DNA of 47,479 bases from positions 1 to 47,479 of the forward strand of contig JALDTO010000070.1 of NCBI GenBank assembly GCA_023515725.1, in the 5' to 3' direction. The notes under the pieces are model-generated. The model was not told where the DNA came from and did no database searches. It saw nothing but the letters and a program-made list of their open reading frames with translations. This stretch comes from Amoeboaphelidium protococcarum X5 (taxonomy: Eukaryota; Fungi; Aphelidiomycota). Positions within the stretch are counted from its first letter, which is position 1. Every line of letters starts with the position of its first letter. Below are positions 1 to 12,476 of this stretch, in pieces. The position numbers and the translations under genes were made by a program.

Positions 1-326
1 ATGCTGCTCCTGAGTACTTTGAGTAGCTTGCGTTGCCTGAGCAGTTGCATCCAGCGCGCGATGTGTATGCTGCATCTATCGTATTGAACGAGATTTACTC
101 CTAATGTCACGCGTGGTAAAGCTGCAGTCTACTACAAATTAAACAATTTGTTTTGATGGGTCAAAGACCGGAGACTCGCAGATTGCAATACGTGAATGCC
201 CATGCTCCTGCTTTGGAGACTGTTATTTAATCTGGATGGGCATAAAATCCAGCTGATCGCGCTACTGCAGCGCAGATGGTGAAATAGTTGGAGCCTTTGT
301 TGGCAACAGAAATGATTTAAAACTGA
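1..326 (+). CDS. Protein kinase, C-terminal part (subdomains VIII-XI, TKL-like); 5' end lies outside the window
   Basis: Frame from nt 3 with TAR=Gln reads AAPEYFEQL...ARDVYAASIVLNEIYS...GQRP...IQSGWAQNPADRATAAQMV...IQN and ends TGA at 324-326. APE, DVY and W..P..R are kinase C-lobe motifs. Confidence 0.8.
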
Positions 327-749
327 ATTGAGCAGTACGCTGAAGATTAATGAATTGGGAATTTGGCAATAAATAAGTTGAATGATTTCCATGCATTGAA
401 GAATAGTTTAAAAATTTAAAATGAACTACTGTTGTAAACACTTTATTTGTGTCTTAGATGAGTCTCGACTGTTTGGAACAGTTTTGACTAAAGCTTCACA
501 TACAGTGCAATTTAGCAGAGAAACTTGTCTTATTGCCTTCCAAGTATATTGTACCTATCTATCATCAATTACCAGTGGGGACATTAATGAACAATATTGT
601 TATCAATGGAGGTTGTCACATCTCAGAGTGTCAAGACACTTGATTCAAACGAAAGTTTGTTGATTATCTGTCCCTTTATCCCACTCTTTACTTCTGTATT
701 TTGTAAGTAAATTTCAATCAACTGCATTGAATAATATAGAACTGTAATT

Positions 750-2195
750 ATGTTCACCAGCTCTAGAAAAGACTACAGAAAATGCTAGTCTTACAAGTCA
801 AAGTAGGCGATGGAGAGTGAAATGAGGCAACTGATAAATGGCCTATACGACGATCGAAAGGCTATTCCAATTACAAGTTTTCTCAAACAAGATATCGAAT
901 CTAATATTAATCCAAGAAACTACTTACTAAATTCACTAGACATAAGAGTATGGTAGTTACCAGAAGGTGAAATTATGGATACAGGTGATTAGAATGAGTG
1001 TTAGATCGAAAGTGGAGTGGAATCTACGCAGGATAGATTTGTTTCAGCCCTCAGCCACAATGATGAAACGCTGTCTGTCACTGCTAAATTCAGGAGTTTA
1101 TACAATTCTGTGGCTGGAAGCTTTGGATTATATAAGGCTTAAAGTAAATAGAAGCGGAAAACGATATTTGATGTATTCAATATATCTACTTCTGGAGATT
1201 TAGAGTCAGATAGTCAACATATGGGCTCTTAAAGGAAATCCTAAGTGCCTCACGCAATCGCCAGACATCAGAATACCATCTCACTGTGGGGATCAGAGCT
1301 CTCATTGATTAATCACTAGTTTGGTGCACTGATTAAAATCTAGTAGTACCAGCTAACTGTGCCATAATTTGTGGTTACTCTTTGTAAATACGTAACGATT
1401 ACGCGAGTGAATGGATATGTGTGCTCAGAATTCATCTTACTGGATAACCACCAGTAGCATGACATAAATTTTGTCAAGACTTATTTTGAACTCAATCCCA
1501 TGGCGACAGTTGATAACATTTAGTAAATGTAGAATATATCTCCTTCTCTAGCAATGTACACACTCTTCAACTGGGTCGGATGCATCAGCGGTGGAATTGT
1601 TCCGGTTGGTTGTCACTTTCTGCTTTTAACTGTAGTCGAGTTGTACCTGACAAGTTACTATGGATGTTAACTTCGGTTTAACTAAAAAGTGGCGTTGAAA
1701 TATTCATTATAAACCGTAAATAATTCAACTAGTTCAGTGGATTCGTTGATCTCTAACTAACAACTGATAAGTCAATTCGATGCGTACCCCAAGCGATCTA
1801 TGCCGCTTGTTCAACGGCCTATGTCTTTGATTATTAATTGCATTAGATCCTCAATTGCTCTCATTCCACAAGATTAGAGAGACTTGCTGTTGTACTTGAT
1901 TTAGTGGGCTCGTGAATTTGTTGCCATTAGCTGTAGCGTTTCATCCAACGACGTTGCAGGTGACGCGTCGTATCTTGCCATGTGCTGCAAATTGTGTGAT
2001 CAGTTGTCTTCCTTCATAGCTAAAGGTATGGAGAGGCAACTGAGATCCTCTGTACAAGAGTATAGAAGAGCTAGAACACTGAGTTTGCGCGCATATGAAC
2101 CTGTGCCTGAAGCTTTGCATACGATGGAACAATGTTCATCCCAGGCGCTCATAAAGTTGTGGCTTTTCTTGACTTTCATATATCTTTATGATTGA
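750..2195 (+). CDS. Hypothetical 481-aa protein with a degenerate RhoGAP-like domain
   Basis: One ATG..TGA frame with TAR=Gln that includes track ORF 1980-2195. LWGSEL, VPQFVVTLCKYV, LAMYTLFNWVGCISGGIVP and IALIPQDQRDLLLYLIQWAREF follow RhoGAP helix order, but no EGIFR-type Arg finger is visible. Confidence 0.6.
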
Positions 2196-2682
2196 GAATA
2201 TGTATGAACGCTATTAGATGAACAATAATTTAGTAGGCTACTTGTTGCTTGTTGAAATTACGTAAGAGTTTCAGAGTGTTTTCATAAGATTGCGTATTGC
2301 GTGCCTTAATCACTACCATGAATTAACAGTACCCTGTGCTAAAATAATCTGAATCTCCACTCTTTTAGTAGCAAAGTATAAGTTATTTTATGCGGCGTAT
2401 TGCCTGTTGTATTCGTAGTCTTGTCATCTTAATGGCCGTTTCTAGTGATTGGTTGATGCTACTATTTAGGATTCTGAAAATTCCATTTAACAATTGATAT
2501 TTTCTGCTTCACTCCTTAAATCGTTTTATCATCTCAGTTCTTGTCTTTATTGTTGTTATATTCGATAAAACGCGCGCTAGCCTCCGATGCAGTAAAGCGT
2601 TGTTTATTGCACATGGACTCAATTGCAACGCCTATGAGCGTGTCAATTTCACAGTAAATGAAGTAATTAGAATTCAAAAGTT

Positions 2683-3579
2683 TCATTTATCAGAGTTCAT
2701 GTTATCATCCTCCTGCGCGCTTACATCGACTAAGGATATCACCTACTCGTTAATCTTATCAAACTGGCACAAAACTTCAACTTTGAATCCAACCAAGCAA
2801 CCATCGCTGTACTGGACATTAAGAAGCTTAAGGACACGAGCCATCTCCACTTTCACCTCTTATCCCTGCTTGCACACCTCAAAGTCTCGCATAACATGCA
2901 CCTATCCTTTATCTAACGACGTTGGAATGTTTCCATAATGAGGAGTACGCAACAGCTGAGCCATAGATGCAGGGAGAGGAAGTCTATGAACATCACGCTC
3001 CATCATCTCATCATCTCCACCATTAACAGCCGCAGAATCTCCAGTCTTTTACAAGTCTGTCAACAGTGGATAGTACATAACTCCAGCTGGAATAGTATAT
3101 GAAAACGGAGCCGGTACACCAGCGCGTACATAATCATCTTCTTGCAGATTATCAAAATATTGCTTAACCTGTTCAGAGTTCGAATCGGTGAAAAGCAGAA
3201 ACAATTACGCGTTCATTCGGCCAACATTCTTCTATGCCGAGAATTGCTCAATAGCAGAAGACATATCAGCGCCAAAGTCGATATCCTGAGCGGTATTAAA
3301 CGCGACCTTCATAATAGCATGCTTTCCAAATACAATCTTTCCATGTAGCTGGCCCGCAGTATCATTATCATCACCACCAGTACTGATAGATGATTTGAGT
3401 TGATCACGCAAATTCTTCAAAAATTGATTTCTTGCATTGAAAGTGCGCATCAAGTAAACATTCTTATAATGAGCCAAATTGTCTTGGATATTTTGTATTA
3501 GAGCAGACTTTTTCTCCTGCGCTGGCTTCTTCTGCACCTTGGTCAAGTTGACAATCTTGGCACGCTTAGATTTAGGCAT
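2683..3579 (-). CDS. MRT4: Ribosome assembly factor Mrt4 (uL10 paralog), 298 aa
   Basis: Starts MPKSKRAKIVNLTKVQKK. Contains RNQFLKNLR, IVFGKHAIMKVAF, LLFTD, DYVRAG, IPTSLDKGQV and FEVCKQGQ..MARVLKLL. Reads through TAG/TAA to TGA at 2685-2683. Confidence 0.93.
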
Positions 3580-3939
3580 TGTTATTACGAGTGATTATCA
3601 GAATATATATATTATATATCGAGTCTTGTTAGTTAGCGTTAATTAAAAGACGAGTTGAAGTAAATTTGCGCGTTTTGCTCAAAATTGCGATTCAGGCCGT
3701 CTCAGTGAGAGGAGGTTGCCATTAGAGACCGCGGCTTGTGTTCTCACGATTTTTCATCTCAAACGGTCGGAGAGCGACGCCGACCGATCGAGTAAATAAA
3801 GCTGAAATGTCAACAGACAGCCCCGCTTCACTCGTTTGCGTCGAATCGATTGAGATTTCACATTAATTTGGACATTGCGTCATTGCAGATCGCTCTATTA
3901 TAACATTAGTTTAGCATTGTATTGCTATTATAACATAAT
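3580..3939. promoter_or_regulatory. Bidirectional promoter region between MRT4 and the LCB3-like gene
   Basis: 360-bp head-to-head spacer with a GC-richer core. Contains the inverted repeat CGGTCGG(3764-3770)-N9-CCGACCG(3780-3786) and a CGCG at about 3669. Confidence 0.5.
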
Positions 3940-5544
3940 ATGTCAATGCAGAATTTGTATTAATATAAAAAGTAGCAGAAATTGCGAGGGAATTCTCTGA
4001 GACATCGAGTTAGAGTCGCTGCGTGGAATAGAATCTAATCAGAGTTGTCTGCGATTAATTAGCTCTAGAAGAGATGGCGTGGACCATTTTTGGATTTTAT
4101 ATGTGCTGTTGTTCTGACAGCTATGGGTACACATACCGCTTTTCTTGTTGGACTCCCGCTACTATTTCTGTTCTATGACAATGGTGGATTGCATGATGAA
4201 TTCTATTTCGCTCGCCATATGACCATCATCTGTGGATTGTGTGTGGCGTTTACTGGTGTCCTGAAAGATTATCTTTGCCTGCCTAGACCACCCGCTCTGG
4301 ATGACATTAAACATAGTGGAGATGGGCCGAATGTAAACTCTTTAATCTTCAGGATGAAAGATCGGCTTGTTACGCGTCTGCTGCATACGAAAGGATCTTA
4401 TCACACTCAAGAATATGGTGCGCCATCTACGCATGCGTGTAATAGTACAGCGATTGTCACTTTTATCATGTTGCATCATTATATACTGCCACTGTATGAA
4501 GGGCGACTGGATCAGTTTTCGAATGGAGACATGATCTTCATTGCACTGCTGATGGTTTATGCTATGGCTCTTCCATTATCTCGTGTCTACTGCGGGATGC
4601 ATTCATTTACTGATGTTCAGGTGGGCGGTGCGCTGGGAATGTCTATAACTATGGGGTGGTAGTTCATTGCGATCAATTATCTGAATATTGATCAATTTGT
4701 GATTAATTCTCCTCCTATGGTTGTATTGGGTGCATCGTTGATCATATATTATATCTGTTTCGTGCATATGCATCCATCACCGATGAAAAAGTGTCCGTGC
4801 TATGCTGATACAGTGTCTAATTGTGCGGTTATCGCTGGTGTGTTGTATGGTACATCAGATTTTGGCTTGACCGCTAGAATGAATGATTTCAAGTATGGTG
4901 CATCCATCCCTTTTGTATTCGATTGGTAGCGATGGTATTTGCCACTTACTTTTATGGGCTTAGGTGCTGATAATGATGGAGGCTATATACCAATGCTGTC
5001 AGTGTGGGGTATCTGTTTGAGGGCAATCTTGATGATGTCTTTGCTCTTGTTATGGCGCTTGGTGGCCAAGGCTTTCTTTAATGCTCTACTCACTCCCGTA
5101 TATGCCATTATGCATTCCTACTACGGAGAGGGTCATTTGGATAGTTGGATGAGTTCCGGTCTTTCTGAAGCAGTCGCTTGTGAAGATTAGTCTTGTACTA
5201 CGGATCATGCCGAGGATCCGTTGCACTCCTCCCGCTATAGTCATAACAGCGTAGGGGATATGGTGCTTCAAGATGGGAATGATTCTGGTGTGAGTGTATC
5301 TTCATCCCTATCCGAGTATTGCCTTAGTAATGAACCTATGTAAGAATCGCCGTAACATCAAGACGATCTTACTCTCATAATCCAGGATATTTTGAGTCTT
5401 GAATACTATGATGGAAAGTATGGGATGGAGTTCTCATTTAACAAGCTGTCTCTTGATATGACGGTGAAGTTTATAGTTTACTTTGGAATTGGTATGTTGG
5501 CTGTAGACCATATACCTCGTTTGATTTTGTATTTAAAGTTGTGA
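3940..5544 (+). CDS. LCB3: Sphingoid long-chain base phosphate phosphatase (PAP2 family, Lcb3/Ysr3/SGPP type), 534 aa
   Basis: Motifs C1 KDYLCLPRP, C2 EYGAPSTH and C3 SRVYCGMHSFTD, multiple TM segments, and C-terminal KFIVYFGIG. Track ORFs 4090, 4699 and 4939 share one frame joined by TAG. TGA at 5542-5544. Confidence 0.9.
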
Positions 5545-5720
5545 CTTTTTGCTTTTGAAGTAAATTACATTTATTTAAATTGTATTTAGATTTTACTTAC
5601 TTCTGAACAAAATTTAAACACTAACATTACCTCCAGGTAGTCTTACGATCAGAAGAACGGCGGCAATTGATTCTTCAATTTAAAACGGCCATGTGTTCTA
5701 CTTGTTCAAGTCAATTTACT

Positions 5721-5834
5721 AAACGCGCTTCATTTTACGCGTATTTTCTGGTCTTTTGAAACGTGAAACGCAGATTCTTCTTGATCATTGAGAGTCTTTG
5801 ACCATTGAGAGCTCTAATAACACGTGAAACGCGT
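5721..5834. promoter_or_regulatory. Motif-rich upstream region of the orphan nuclease-like gene (MCB-like boxes, short direct repeats)
   Basis: ACGCGT at 5737-5742 and 5829-5834, ACGCGC at 5723-5728, ACGTGAAACGC at 5761-5771 and 5822-5832, TTGA(T/C)CATTGAGAG at 5781-5794 and 5798-5811. Confidence 0.45.
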
Positions 5835-5908
5835 CAATTCTCACTTCTTTCTATGAAAAGTTTGTGGATGGTCACCTATTGTAATTAATTATATATTATA
5901 ATTGCAGA

Positions 5909-7162
5909 ATGCTTGGAAAGCCGTAGTACAAAAGTGGAGATCAAACAGTATTTGTTCGTGTAAATGTTGATGTCGATAGTTATGTTAGTGAAAGTGATGA
6001 TGAATCTCAAGTCTCTGTGGAATCTCTTGACGTTGGGGTGGAGTTAGTCGATGATATTAACGCGCTGATGAGGGCCAAGTTTCTGGCTAATAAAGCTTGT
6101 CTTGATCAATTAGTTCGTACATGGGAGTTTCTAGATTCTGATTAATAAATGTCTGCTGGTATTAAAATAGTAAAAGCCCCCACTGCATCTAAAATCTAAC
6201 ATGTCGTTTTAAATCCGTATCTTTATCGAGGATTGCAACCGATTAACTCTCTCAATAATTTGGCCTCGTTGGTTGGCGCGCCCATAGATTGGTATTAGAT
6301 TTATGAGCTAAAAGTGGCCAGTGATCACTTGGTGAAGCGTTTGTATCGAAAATTGGTTAGTCTAGATGAGAATGTTAGTGAAAATGATATTTAAAACGCG
6401 TTCGAAAGCCTGGTTATTAGAATTGGGACTTGTCTCGGTATCTCAGTGTAGTACTCCCAGTAGAAGTCATACATAGTCGGTGGCATTCTGGCAAATTCCG
6501 AATATGACATCCGTGGAAGACTTGATTCCGTTTTCAACGGTTGGTCTGGCAACTCTTTGCTCGCCACAGAGTGCAAGAGAGCTTCTGCATTTTTACCGGA
6601 CAAAATGTGGCATCATGGTTCTCGAGGCGTTTAAACTTTGTCCACATTATTTGTCACTGGATGTCCCACTATCCTATATTCTTAGAAAGCCTTCAAAATC
6701 TTTTTGGAGAATGATAGTCGTGATACAATTTATACTTGGACTACCAGTTGTTTTAATGAGTCCTCTGATAATAGTGTCCCTTATTCTAGGGAGATGATTG
6801 CTTCGTCATATGGCATTGAGAATATGACTAGCGTCATACTTTAAGTTATCTCAATGTGTTTGCTCGCTTGTGGGCGTGATGATCTTGACTCATCCGTAGT
6901 TGAAGCTGAAGAGCTGATGACTACTGAAGAGTCCTCCTTTGCTAAGTGTTCTGACGTGCTGCTCTCTGGTTAATAGGTAGGCAAAGCAAGCGCAGAAGGC
7001 CGGAGCGGTGCTTAAAAAGTGGCGCGCTCCTAGATATTAAAGATTATATAGCCCCAATTCATGTCTGGCTTTGTTAATGGGACGCCGAGTTATATCGCCG
7101 TACGCATTGCTCCTGATGACTTGGTGAATAAGATCGAGACTTTGACTTAAAAATCTGCTTGA
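5909..7162 (+). CDS. Hypothetical 417-aa protein, candidate PD-(D/E)xK restriction-endonuclease-like fold
   Basis: Continuous ATG..TGA frame with TAR=Gln, absent from the ORF track. Motif order is SENDIQNAF (helix 1 E), GRLDSVF (D), LLATECKR (ExK), then RGVQTL. Confidence 0.65.
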
Positions 7163-7628
7163 ACTAGTACTCAATAATCATACTCTACTTTTCAGTATAG
7201 TTATTTGTATTTTTTTTGTAATTTTTTTACCATATTTAATGCTTGATCTTATCAGGGCACGTTTCACATTTAGCCAAATGCGTGGAAATCTTGCCGCGTA
7301 AGGCGCGGTAGCTTCAGGGGGATGTTTGATCAATAATTTGATATTGGATAACACGCTTAACATCACACTGTTAATCACTATTCAGCTTGTTCTAATGCTT
7401 TATATTATACTCATCAATATACGGATTACAATTGTATGTCAGATTCAACTGTTCTGAGAGAGATTAAGGCTAAAAAGTATAAAGAGTGAATCCACGCTTT
7501 CTGAGTTGAAACTGTACTGGAATGTGTGGATCCGCATATTTGGGTGTAAGAGATGATGGTAAGCGGATTGCAGAACATTTATTTGAATTGTCTTTATATT
7601 TTACTTACTTTATAGTATACGCATTGAT

Positions 7629-10600
7629 TCAATCTTATTATTGCTATTGTGGTGCAGCATCTAATTGGTTACCAACAGCTTAAGGGATCTACTGGAGTAT
7701 ACCATCATCATCGCTACCGTTAGATACAGCAGAAGTAGAAGATGAAGATAAAGTGGAGGTTCTAGCCATTTGCCTCCGTTCACTTTCGCTCAAATCTTAC
7801 AATTACTTTCCAACCAGAAATGCATCATCATACGCCTTATCAATAACACCATCCAAGGATTAACTCAGTATATCTGATGCAAAGTAAAATAATACTACCA
7901 GCTAAATGAGAGGATAAATCATTGTGGATGCAGCAATTTCAATCAACGGCTACAATTCCGAGTTATGTAAATAAAGTTCTATGATTGCACTAGGAAGCAT
8001 GAATCGAATCTTTGATACAATAAAGCGAACAAACACCAAGTTGGTAAAAGGAAGAGCAATCAGAGCCACAGCACTCAAAATGTATAATGAGCAGATCAGG
8101 TGAACATCTTTGATGGATACATCTCTCAATTTACCGTTCCACAATTGATGAATAATCAATTAAATCTTGAACAATAGCACGGAGTAGAGTCTAACAGCAA
8201 GCCTCTGACACCGAACAAAATAAGGTGAAGTTCTAGCGTTATCATCATCACGTGGGAGTGGCATCAGAGGAGCAGGTGGAATTCTGGCCAAACGCTAAAC
8301 ATTGCCCAGATTCAACTGACCGATGAACAGAATAACTGTCGATGTAAATATAAAGCCAATACTCAACGCATCGAATATTGGGAATATTTCGTATCTGTAG
8401 ACAAAGCCAGCGCTGAATCGAGTCTCTGGTTGAGATGTGGCATTAACAAATTATGGACTGAGCTTACGCGGATCAGAACCAGCATTTTATAGTGATAGAG
8501 CCAGATATACAATATCCAATATGGGGCGAATAACAACTAAAACCACAAGCATAGCATCCAAAAAGGACAATATACAGTACCATCCAATTAAATAAGCCGC
8601 CTTCATCATGACGATGCCTTAACTGACAAATTGTCTCATTGACAACCAGAATGCGCTGGATAAATACTAATTGTACAGCATGATCCAACTCAATCTAATC
8701 TTGTCCAAAAGAGATAGGCTTAACCGGCTGCTATTAGCACTTACCAATCTTATCTCTTCTCCGGATACGTTGTTCTGCAGCTAACGAAACTTTATCAATA
8801 GGAGCAAGTCAATAACCTTTGTAGATAGCAATGCTCCAATCTTGAAATACTCTTAAATCGCAGTGACCAAGGTGTAGTTGGACTCAAATTGACGCGTAAT
8901 GTCTGCCTTCATGTCATTTACCTCCTCGTCAAGGACATCAACCCCATACAAAGTACGGACCTTCTAAATAATCCGCTAGTCTACAGCATGAGATAGCACT
9001 TCAAGAGCTTTCCAAGGCATGTAGAAATAATCGCGCATAAACTAAACTGCTCTTTGGACAAATTTCAACACCAAGAGTAATAAAATGAATCCTATAGTGA
9101 ACGCATACCAGTCATGCAACATTGGTGGATTTTCGGTACTGGTAGAAATATTTTCAACAATGTTATAATACGCTCCAATAGAAGTTAAGCAGTCATGCAC
9201 TTTTAAGGCCATTTATCTACCCATGAGAATTGGAATGTAAAAGAACAGAGCTTAAACGCAGACCATCAGAGCCCACACGCCAAATGCAAACATGTGCATT
9301 CTAATTCGAAATTTCCTTGGCTTAAAGACTATAGCGGTAAGCAGTTCCTACGTATTAGTTTTAGGTATGATTCCAAACATTGTGGTATTGATACCAGGCA
9401 CATTCAGGTATCTGTTCATAAGCAACTTGTGTGTAAAGTACACGAATCGAGGATCCATCACCGACTGATACAGATCAAGAGTATATTGTCTATTCTCAGT
9501 CAAATTGGACTCTGCCGAAGAAGCTGGTATCATAAACGGATCCCTCCAGTGAGAAAACGGACTAACGATAGATCTAAGCAGTGACCTCCTCATTGGATGT
9601 TCAGTAATATCGACGCCTCCATGCTCAGTAGACGTTATAAAGGAGATTGATCGCACCTCAGGTGGAAATTACAAATCTTGCCCGAAAGCCTTCTTCACTT
9701 CAGCCAACGATGACAAATCATCCTATGCAATAACTCTGACAAGACCATGGTAATCTAGCTCATCCATTTTGTAGGATCTGACATTCTGCAAACAGATCTT
9801 TTCATCTTTATTGATAGATATTTCATGAGGATTCTATGCATTGGATGTGGAATGAGATTCCATACGGGAAGAATCTAAAGATATATCATCTTCAGGCCAG
9901 ATACCGCCATACAAGAATGATCGAAGCTTTAATGAAGACGCTAGATAGAATAAACATTATCTCCATGCCATAGTGAATGCATTAATCAAATTCGATCGCT
10001 TTATGGCAAAGGGGAAGAGCATATGGATGCAAAAGAACTCATAGACAGACACAACAGGCAATCCAAAACGCAAATCTAGACGCAGTGGAATAATTGATGG
10101 CTGAGTAAGCGATGCTGCTTTCAGAGCCTTCTCCAAGCACGCGGCCATATCTGATGGCTGCAAGGTACTTACATAAGTCCATAAGAATTACACCACGTTA
10201 ACCCAGTGCTCAATTAACAGCAGAGAGAAGGACGGGATGCCAAACACGCTGAATATGATCAGAAAGTACATCCACAAACTGAGAAATATTCTTTACATCT
10301 ACCTACCAAATGGCTTCTCCAGAATCTCTGTAATAGGATTAAAATCATTATTAGACGTACTTGGATCCTTAATAAACCATAACAGTCCCGGTCTAAAGCA
10401 CTTTCGCAAGTACGACGTGAAGTAGGCAAAAGAGAACATGTACATTGTGCCGGCAAACCAGTGCAGAAATAGAGAACTTTTTTAATGCGACTAATGGAAT
10501 TCCGAGAAGGTGAGGAAGCCATGGTAAACACACGTCAGAACAGGCGCAATTAGCATGATTAAAAAGTTACCGTTCTCCACCAGCCCTTTCAAAAACTTAC

Positions 10601-12476
10601 CATTTTAGTCCGCACCGTACAGCAGAGGCATCGCGCAGATATGCACAAACACGCCACAGGCTAATGGAAATATCACCAGTTCCAACAATAAGATAATGAC
10701 AATTTTAATGGATAGAAGAGAAAAGTTTAGAATCCTTTTCACTCTTCTCTATATTGATAGAATATACGACATGACATCACCTTCCAACTAACGAGAGTCA
10801 TCAAGCAGGCGCAAAGGTACAAGCAATATCTTTATGTGCTCAGTGGAAAGCATTAAGAGCGCAACACAGGCAGCCATCATAGTCAAGTACCCCAGGCCAA
10901 TTGTAGGCAAGATATTCACGGCAAAGTCAATGACCGCAGGTGAAAGGATTTGTAAATCCTAAACTGATTAATTGCCATTTTTAGTTGACAACTCGCCCAA
11001 CTCCGACAGTGTTGAATTGTTATTTCGAACAAAATTTGCTTCAATAGCTGCCACCATCTATACCGGAGAGAATAAATTCACGCTTCCAAACATGCTCAAA
11101 AACTACTTGCTCAAAACGCCAACACTGTACGGAATTTTGAGAAATGCAGTTATGAATATAAACATGAACAGCACCAGATACGTAGCATTAATCAAAAGGC
11201 CTGCAATAGGACCACGGAATCCTAGGAGATCTAACAATCCCAAATCTCCTATGTCTACATCATCCAGATCATTATTGACGCCAATGTTTTATCTACCTGC
11301 ATTTTAAAAGGCTGGTTCTTGATCAACTGCAGGCTGATGATCTTCAGGCTCTAAATCAGGAATTCGCGGAAGCTCTTCAACTTCGTTCATAGGCATAACT
11401 GCGGCTTACCCTTCCTCAACTGGTACATCAGCATCAGCATCTTACCATGGCGCTTAATCATTATAAAACTATACAAACTCATCAAGACGCACGACATCAG
11501 GCTAACCATGATCCCTGTCTTATTCAAACGGCCACTACTACTAGTCTTATGAATTGGTATCAACGCCATCCAGCTCCTGGTTATTAAATTTGTAAGCACT
11601 ATCGTTAAGTCTATCCTCTAACTGATTAGAACTAACAGAACTTGAACTTGCCTAACCGATACTATGAGTAAAATCCCTTTCAATATTCAGACTCGCATCA
11701 CTCTGATCAGTCAATTGCTCAAGCAACTCCTACTGCAAATTTTATCCGACAATGACATTCAATCCCAACTTCTCATTGAGTTTAATAATCATAAGCTCAA
11801 ACTAATCCCGCGTGAACCATTCAAAACGCGTCTAATCAATCTATCTCAGAAATACCATTTAGTTAAACTAATCATGCAGCAACATCACCATCAAACATAT
11901 TCCAGCCAGGCAAATACCAATAAGCAAACCTTCAATAATACGATTCAGTAAACTGTATCCATCCAATTTCGTGAAAGTATCACTCAAGATCGACGACAAC
12001 AGTCGACGCGATGACGAATAATTATAAAACTCACTGAAAGCCGACAAAATTCTACTAAATGCACCAGTGATAGATCCACCCGACTCAAATGACGCACCGC
12101 CATCATTAAGCTTGAAACAGAAATGCAAAATCGAAGACGCGCACAATGGAACGATTACGCCCCAAACAATGACAACAAACGCGCTCCTACAGCCATACGC
12201 AATAGTAGACATGAGATTGCCGACCAATCGAGCAACCACCAGTACAAGCATTTTGTGAACAGGAACTTCCTTAATCTGATCATCCGGTACAGAATAGACA
12301 TTCTTAAACTTGAATACATGGCCACACAGCTCACACTTTGATTTATTAGACCGCTGTAGCCACTCCAATAGACACTACTCATGCACGTACTAGATACTAC
12401 CGGAACACAGGCAAGGCTATCTCAAAGGATTATCATCCGTCCCTTCACACCTACAGACTCTACATATAACTTCCAT
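7629..12476 (-). CDS. DOA10: ERAD E3 ubiquitin ligase Doa10/MARCH6, about 1615 aa
   Basis: N-terminal [43 protein letters not shown]...CELC. Many TM segments and a C-terminal IDKAYDDAFLVGKQL element. Track fragments ending 12368, 10163, 9656 and 8159 share the frame. TGA at 7631-7629. Confidence 0.92.

Noticed and set aside
421-663. 80-aa ATG..TGA ORF from the track
   Set aside because: No recognisable motif and a composition like the flanking spacer. Short ORFs arise easily when only TGA stops.
2200-2680. Possible small gene between the RhoGAP-like gene and MRT4 (e.g. ATG 2318 to about 2497)
   Set aside because: Short and without homology. It cannot be separated from convergent 3' UTR sequence.
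5881-5907. GTAATT...TTGCAG 27-nt intron-like segment
   Set aside because: It lies just 5' of ATG 5909 and is not needed for the frame. Splicing from ATG 5853 does not give the long frame. It could be a UTR intron but has no support.
7239-7620. Coding-looking fragments (e.g. 7322-7489) downstream of the nuclease-like gene
   Set aside because: Broken by TGAs with no identifiable family. A decayed gene is possible but cannot be supported.
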